The notes under the pieces: generated by a model
Database searches by the model: none
The model's input: the letters and a program-made list of their open reading frames with translations, nothing else
Told to the model about the DNA's origin: nothing
Part shown: piece by piece, positions 44,354-48,089 of the stretch
Numbering within the stretch: position 1 is the stretch's first letter
Layout of the letters: every line of letters starts with the position of its first letter
Position numbers and translations under genes: made by a program
IMG/VR virus record: IMGVR_UViG_3300037722_000690
Span: 1-48,089 of that record
Reading direction: 5' to 3' (one strand)
DNA from: a virus
Lineage: Duplodnaviria > Caudoviricetes
DNA: 48,089 nt

Positions 44354-45025
44354 TTATTTCAGGATAGTGTATTTACCCCGGACAACAACTCCGAGAGAAG
44401 TGATAGCCGCAGCATCCATACCAACAAGGGCATTGGTGTAAAGAACAGCGTTGGACAACAGGATTGAAACATTGGCTCCCACAGGTGCAGGGTAAGCCAC
44501 ACTACCAGTATCCACAGATTGATCGATTAAACAGGTTGCCGCAGAAAACTTGCCGTCGGCAAGCGTCTTATGGTAAACGTTGGCCAATTTAGCCACCGTA
44601 GCGGTGATGACATTTGTCACTGTTACTTTGGTAAGGCCAGGGACTGCGTCCACAACGATAGCAGTGATTGCGCCACCGTCGGTATAAGTGTCATCACTGT
44701 CTGAGCATACTATCGTCTGACCGACTTTAAACTTCAAAGCTGCGGCGTTGGTCATGAAAAGGTCTGCGGATGCAGTAACATCGGCAGACAAAAACGACCG
44801 ACCAGGATTAGTAACCGCGATAACTGTTGGGATATAAGGGACGATGTACTCACCCAGGGTAGCCATAACGGTACCCTGCTTCAGGACACCGAAGCCCCCG
44901 AGAATTGTTGCATCAAGTATCAGCGCCTGTTCCGGGTACGAATGGTACAGGGGCAGAACTTGTGGAGATCGGCCAGATGCGTTGAATTGGGCGGTAGATC
45001 CGCCGAGGCCGTAAGTCTGATTCAT
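44354..45025 (-). CDS. Head decoration protein
   Basis: TI.GG.GVLKQGTVMA motif; between protease and capsid; GGAGG RBS. Confidence 0.75.
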   Translation of the reverse strand: MNQTYGLGGSTAQFNASGRSPQVLPLYHSYPEQALILDATILGGFGVLKQGTVMATLGEYIVPYIPTVIAVTNPGRSFLSADVTASADLFMTNAAALKFKVGQTIVCSDSDDTYTDGGAITAIVVDAVPGLTKVTVTNVITATVAKLANVYHKTLADGKFSAATCLIDQSVDTGSVAYPAPVGANVSILLSNAVLYTNALVGMDAAAITSLGVVVRGKYTILK

Positions 45026-45055
45026 ATTGTGGTTCCTCCAGGTTAGGATCTTTTA

Positions 45056-45598
45056 TTATTTAGTCACGCCCAACATAGCCAACATGCTGTCGCAAGTGGC
45101 GTCGGCTTTGGCCTCTTCATCGGTAACGTTCGATTCACCACCGCCAGCTCCGAATCCTTGAATAACTGGGTCCTTTACTTCCACATTCAGGTCCTTGGCC
45201 CAGCCGGTGATTTCCGCACCGATAGAGGCTTCGTACCCTTCCGCGTCAAAGGCGTCATCCTTGGTAAAGGACTCAGGAGTAGCACAAGTCATACGAACCT
45301 TGGCCTCCAAACGCGATGGGATACCGGAAGCGGCGAACACCTTATTAAAAGTGCCCTCAGATTTAATCTGAATGGCTTTTTCTGCCTGAACAGCTTTGTC
45401 CTTCTCAAGGGCCTTGAGACGGGCATCGTTTGCTGCGTTGATTTCGTTTGCCTTATCGGCTGCGGCTTTCAAATCGGCGTTCTCTTTTTCCAGCGCAGTC
45501 AATTTTGGATTAACAGTGGACAGAGCCTCTTGAGCTCCCTCACCCCGAATCGCAGCATACTCTTCGGGAAACTTTTCCTGATACTCAGTTCTCTTCAT
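45056..45598 (-). CDS. Nested scaffolding protein from an internal start
   Basis: GGAGA-N7-ATG at 45598, in frame, right after the Ser-rich linker (MKRTEYQEKFPEEY). Confidence 0.65.
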   Translation of the reverse strand: MKRTEYQEKFPEEYAAIRGEGAQEALSTVNPKLTALEKENADLKAAADKANEINAANDARLKALEKDKAVQAEKAIQIKSEGTFNKVFAASGIPSRLEAKVRMTCATPESFTKDDAFDAEGYEASIGAEITGWAKDLNVEVKDPVIQGFGAGGGESNVTDEEAKADATCDSMLAMLGVTK

Positions 45599-46492
45599 CT
45601 GGGTTTCTCCATAAGATGAATATGATGTTGAGGACTCTTCATCTAAACGATCAAGGAGTGCCTCTAATGTATCGACTCGATCCGCCATCCCAACCTCGAC
45701 TGCGTTGTTTCCGGTAATCATGCCGCCTTGGCCAAACTGCTCTAATACAGTTTCAAGACTAACTCCCCTACCTTTAGCCACGTCTGCTGCGAACACCTCG
45801 GCGATGCTGTTCACTACTGCGTAGGCTTCGGCTGCACCCTCTTCAGATTCAGGATCCAGCACTTTCTTGGGACTGATAGAGCTTACAAACTTCAATTCCT
45901 TCGGATACTCATCGTCGCTTTTCTTTCTATACTTGGTCATCGACATGATGGCCCCTATACTCCCGACGCTGGAGGTAGGTGACAAACTGACCTGACTCAT
46001 CTGCGACAGCAGCCAGTACATAGCTGAGGCGCCCATGCCCTGGACGTGGCCGTAAACCGGTTTCTTGGCACCCGCGATCATTGAGCCAAACTCATCAACC
46101 AGGGTTGCGGCTCCACCAGGGGAGTCGGCAGGGATAACAATATTTTTTACTTCTGGATCATTCTCGGCCGCCTTGAAATCCTTCATCGTCATGCTGAGCG
46201 ACGTCGCTCCGCACAGCCGAGTCATCAGATTGGCGCGGGGAAATATCGGTCCGGTAATAGGGATAACCGCCGTAGAGCCCCGGCGATAGACGCCGCGATT
46301 AACCATATCGTAGGCTTCGGCCTCCTCAGAGCCATCCTCAAGAGGAATACCTCGGGCCTGCGCCATACTACGGAGTACGTCGCCGCTGTTCTTGTCGACC
46401 AGTATGGCGTACATCTCTTGCAGCCAGCTTTCCTGAATGGCCCAGGGGCTATTCAGGAGCGCTGCCGCAATTCTTGTATATGTTTGAGTCAT
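45056..46492 (-). CDS. S49 prohead protease with C-terminal scaffold (lambda C/Nu3-like)
   Basis: DSPGG, ASAMYW, VGSIG, VAKGRG and AVEVGMAD motifs; coiled-coil C-terminus. Confidence 0.92.
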   Translation of the reverse strand: MTQTYTRIAAALLNSPWAIQESWLQEMYAILVDKNSGDVLRSMAQARGIPLEDGSEEAEAYDMVNRGVYRRGSTAVIPITGPIFPRANLMTRLCGATSLSMTMKDFKAAENDPEVKNIVIPADSPGGAATLVDEFGSMIAGAKKPVYGHVQGMGASAMYWLLSQMSQVSLSPTSSVGSIGAIMSMTKYRKKSDDEYPKELKFVSSISPKKVLDPESEEGAAEAYAVVNSIAEVFAADVAKGRGVSLETVLEQFGQGGMITGNNAVEVGMADRVDTLEALLDRLDEESSTSYSSYGETQMKRTEYQEKFPEEYAAIRGEGAQEALSTVNPKLTALEKENADLKAAADKANEINAANDARLKALEKDKAVQAEKAIQIKSEGTFNKVFAASGIPSRLEAKVRMTCATPESFTKDDAFDAEGYEASIGAEITGWAKDLNVEVKDPVIQGFGAGGGESNVTDEEAKADATCDSMLAMLGVTK

Positions 46493-46526
46493 AGTTAGAG
46501 GCCCCTCAATTTTTTAAATTCTTCAA

Positions 46527-46555
46527 ACAATATAAGGCTAGTCTAAAAAAGTCAA
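46527..46555 (-). promoter_or_regulatory. Possible sigma70-type promoter for the head genes
   Basis: TTGACT, 17 bp, TATTGT in the AT-rich gap upstream of the protease. Confidence 0.4.
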
Positions 46556-46569
46556 GCACTATTAACCTA

Positions 46570-48089
46570 TCAATCTTCGTCCTCCCCAACCTCTTCATCT
46601 TTTTCCCGAGGTACTAGTTTCTTCAGCCCGGGCTCGGACAACCCTTCTTCCCTTTGCTCAACCTCCTCAGCCGTCAGCAGCTTCGGGTAGTTGCTCTCTT
46701 CTGTGGCGGCTTTCAACCGACTGTGGTGATAGTTCTGGAAGCCCAATCGATTGGCGATATCCTCGTTGGACATCCCCAGTGTCTGGGTGACCGCTCCGTG
46801 TTTTACGCCCAGCAGGGCCTTCACTTTGCTGTCCAGATCCCCCATCTCGGAGGTTGGGAAATTAATAGAAATAGTCTTGTGCGCTTCGACGGCGACTTTC
46901 TTAAACTTAGGTTTCTTGTTCTCGAACTTGTAGGCCTTGTTGACGGAAGTGGTCCACGGCATATGGCCGGTCTTCGAGTAAAGAAACAGCGCCCCACGCC
47001 AAAAGCCATGGATCATAAACCGCTGTAGGTCAGCGACCTGGTCTTGGATGCGGTCGTTGATCGGTCCTCGACTCATCTTCACCCCGCCATAGGTCTGTCC
47101 CGAGGAACTCCCGGTCATCTGGTCTTCGGCAGTATTCAATCCCGCCGACACCAAACGGAGAATGTCGTCGTCCTGGTTGGTGATTGAGGCAAGCTTCGGG
47201 TTATTACATACCAGGTCAAAACCAGGCGGCAGCATGACCGTCGCCCCCGGCACCTTCTTCTGCATCAAGCCGGTTTTGGCTCGTTCATCCTCAGACATCC
47301 CCAGCCACAACCTAAAGGACGCCCGATCCTGGACCTTGATCGTCCACAGGTACGCGCCCGAGGACTTCTTGTGGTCCAGTTCCCATTTCTTAATGTTGTC
47401 GTAGTGCTCGAGCCACTCAAGAGCTACCTTGGCTCGCCCAACATTTCTCGACGTCACCAGCCCCTGGTCAAACTGCACGACAAACTGCGTGTGGCCGCCA
47501 AGGTCTTTGAATTTGGCGTGGCCGTTCTTGCCGGCTATTTTACTTTCAACAACCGACGTCCACTCCGGGTGGGTTTTCAAGGTCGCCCACAATTCCGGGT
47601 AGTAGGCTAAATTTATCGAGGGGATAAACCGTTCGGTGGTCACCATATTAACTACCGTTTCCGTTCGGTACATCAGCGGGAACATCGGTTTGTTCTCCGG
47701 AGTTAGGATACCCGAACTATTTTTGAATCCCTTAATTGTGGTTGGGCTGAGGAAATCGACTTCGACAAAGCCGTCCTTGTGGATAGTGAAGACGAAAAAG
47801 AGCTCGCCCTGGATCACCGATCTGGCGATATACTTGGAGAAGTGTTGCGCCAACATATTCCTCGGGTCGTCCCAGATCCGTTCCATAAACTCGTCCGCCT
47901 TCGGATACGAGCTGTTCTGTTCAAAGCCGTAACCGGACAGACGACCGGTGGTGTCCATCACCGTGGTAAAAACAAACGGATTACGGTGAAACTTCGCCCA
48001 GCAACGCTTCTGCAACTCATCAAAGCCGGTGTAGGAGAAATCATCCCCCACCATCTTCAAGGAAAAGCCGTCCTCGTCGACAGCATGGG
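46570..48089 (-). CDS. Portal protein; 5' end lies outside the window
   Basis: More than 496 aa, directly upstream of the protease; RNP.V......T..L.G.GF and GELF motifs; frame open to the window end. Confidence 0.8.
   Translation of the reverse strand, partial: HAVDEDGFSLKMVGDDFSYTGFDELQKRCWAKFHRNPFVFTTVMDTTGRLSGYGFEQNSSYPKADEFMERIWDDPRNMLAQHFSKYIARSVIQGELFFVFTIHKDGFVEVDFLSPTTIKGFKNSSGILTPENKPMFPLMYRTETVVNMVTTERFIPSINLAYYPELWATLKTHPEWTSVVESKIAGKNGHAKFKDLGGHTQFVVQFDQGLVTSRNVGRAKVALEWLEHYDNIKKWELDHKKSSGAYLWTIKVQDRASFRLWLGMSEDERAKTGLMQKKVPGATVMLPPGFDLVCNNPKLASITNQDDDILRLVSAGLNTAEDQMTGSSSGQTYGGVKMSRGPINDRIQDQVADLQRFMIHGFWRGALFLYSKTGHMPWTTSVNKAYKFENKKPKFKKVAVEAHKTISINFPTSEMGDLDSKVKALLGVKHGAVTQTLGMSNEDIANRLGFQNYHHSRLKAATEESNYPKLLTAEEVEQREEGLSEPGLKKLVPREKDEEVGEDED

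Noticed and set aside
117-47932. Numerous short ORFs antisense to or nested in long genes
   Set aside because: They overlap well-supported genes, lack RBS or motifs, and are expected shadow ORFs.
1-48089. Prophage or temperate lifestyle call
   Set aside because: No integrase, CI-like repressor or flanking host genes in the window; the tRNA half is only suggestive.

Overview
A ~48 kb piece of a tailed dsDNA phage (siphovirus-like) genome with two convergent arms meeting at ~13.95 kb. The + strand arm (1-13928) holds replication and recombination genes: family A DNA polymerase (open at the window start), MazG-like and DUF5664-like nucleotide hydrolases, a RecU-like resolvase, SbcD/SbcC-like nuclease subunits split by an RdgC-like gene pair, an ATP-dependent ligase and many small ORFs. 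The - strand arm (48089-13962) is the late region: portal (open at the window end), S49 protease/scaffold, decoration, gpE-like capsid, neck, tail tube, G/GT chaperones with a GGGAAAG frameshift, tape measure, lambda-like M-L-K-I-J tail tip, an AT-richer block of surface enzymes, and a lysis cassette. The RdgC pair and MopE-type repeats suggest a Desulfobacterota host (inference). The top finding is two unrelated small genes, each bracketed by the same left motif (GAAAGTAGTATCAACCA) and right motif (GATACYAACTGATWATATGTCAG(G)AAAG). Joined at the shared GAAAG, the motifs form a hairpin, suggesting integron-like gene cassettes with a non-canonical site; a third variant left motif lies at 17237-17253. 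Also notable: two atypical tRNA-like elements tied to tandem duplications, a pentamer repeat that frameshifts a zinc-finger gene, and signal-peptide-bearing enzymes in the tail-fibre position. All protein calls come from motif recognition by eye; no database searches were run.
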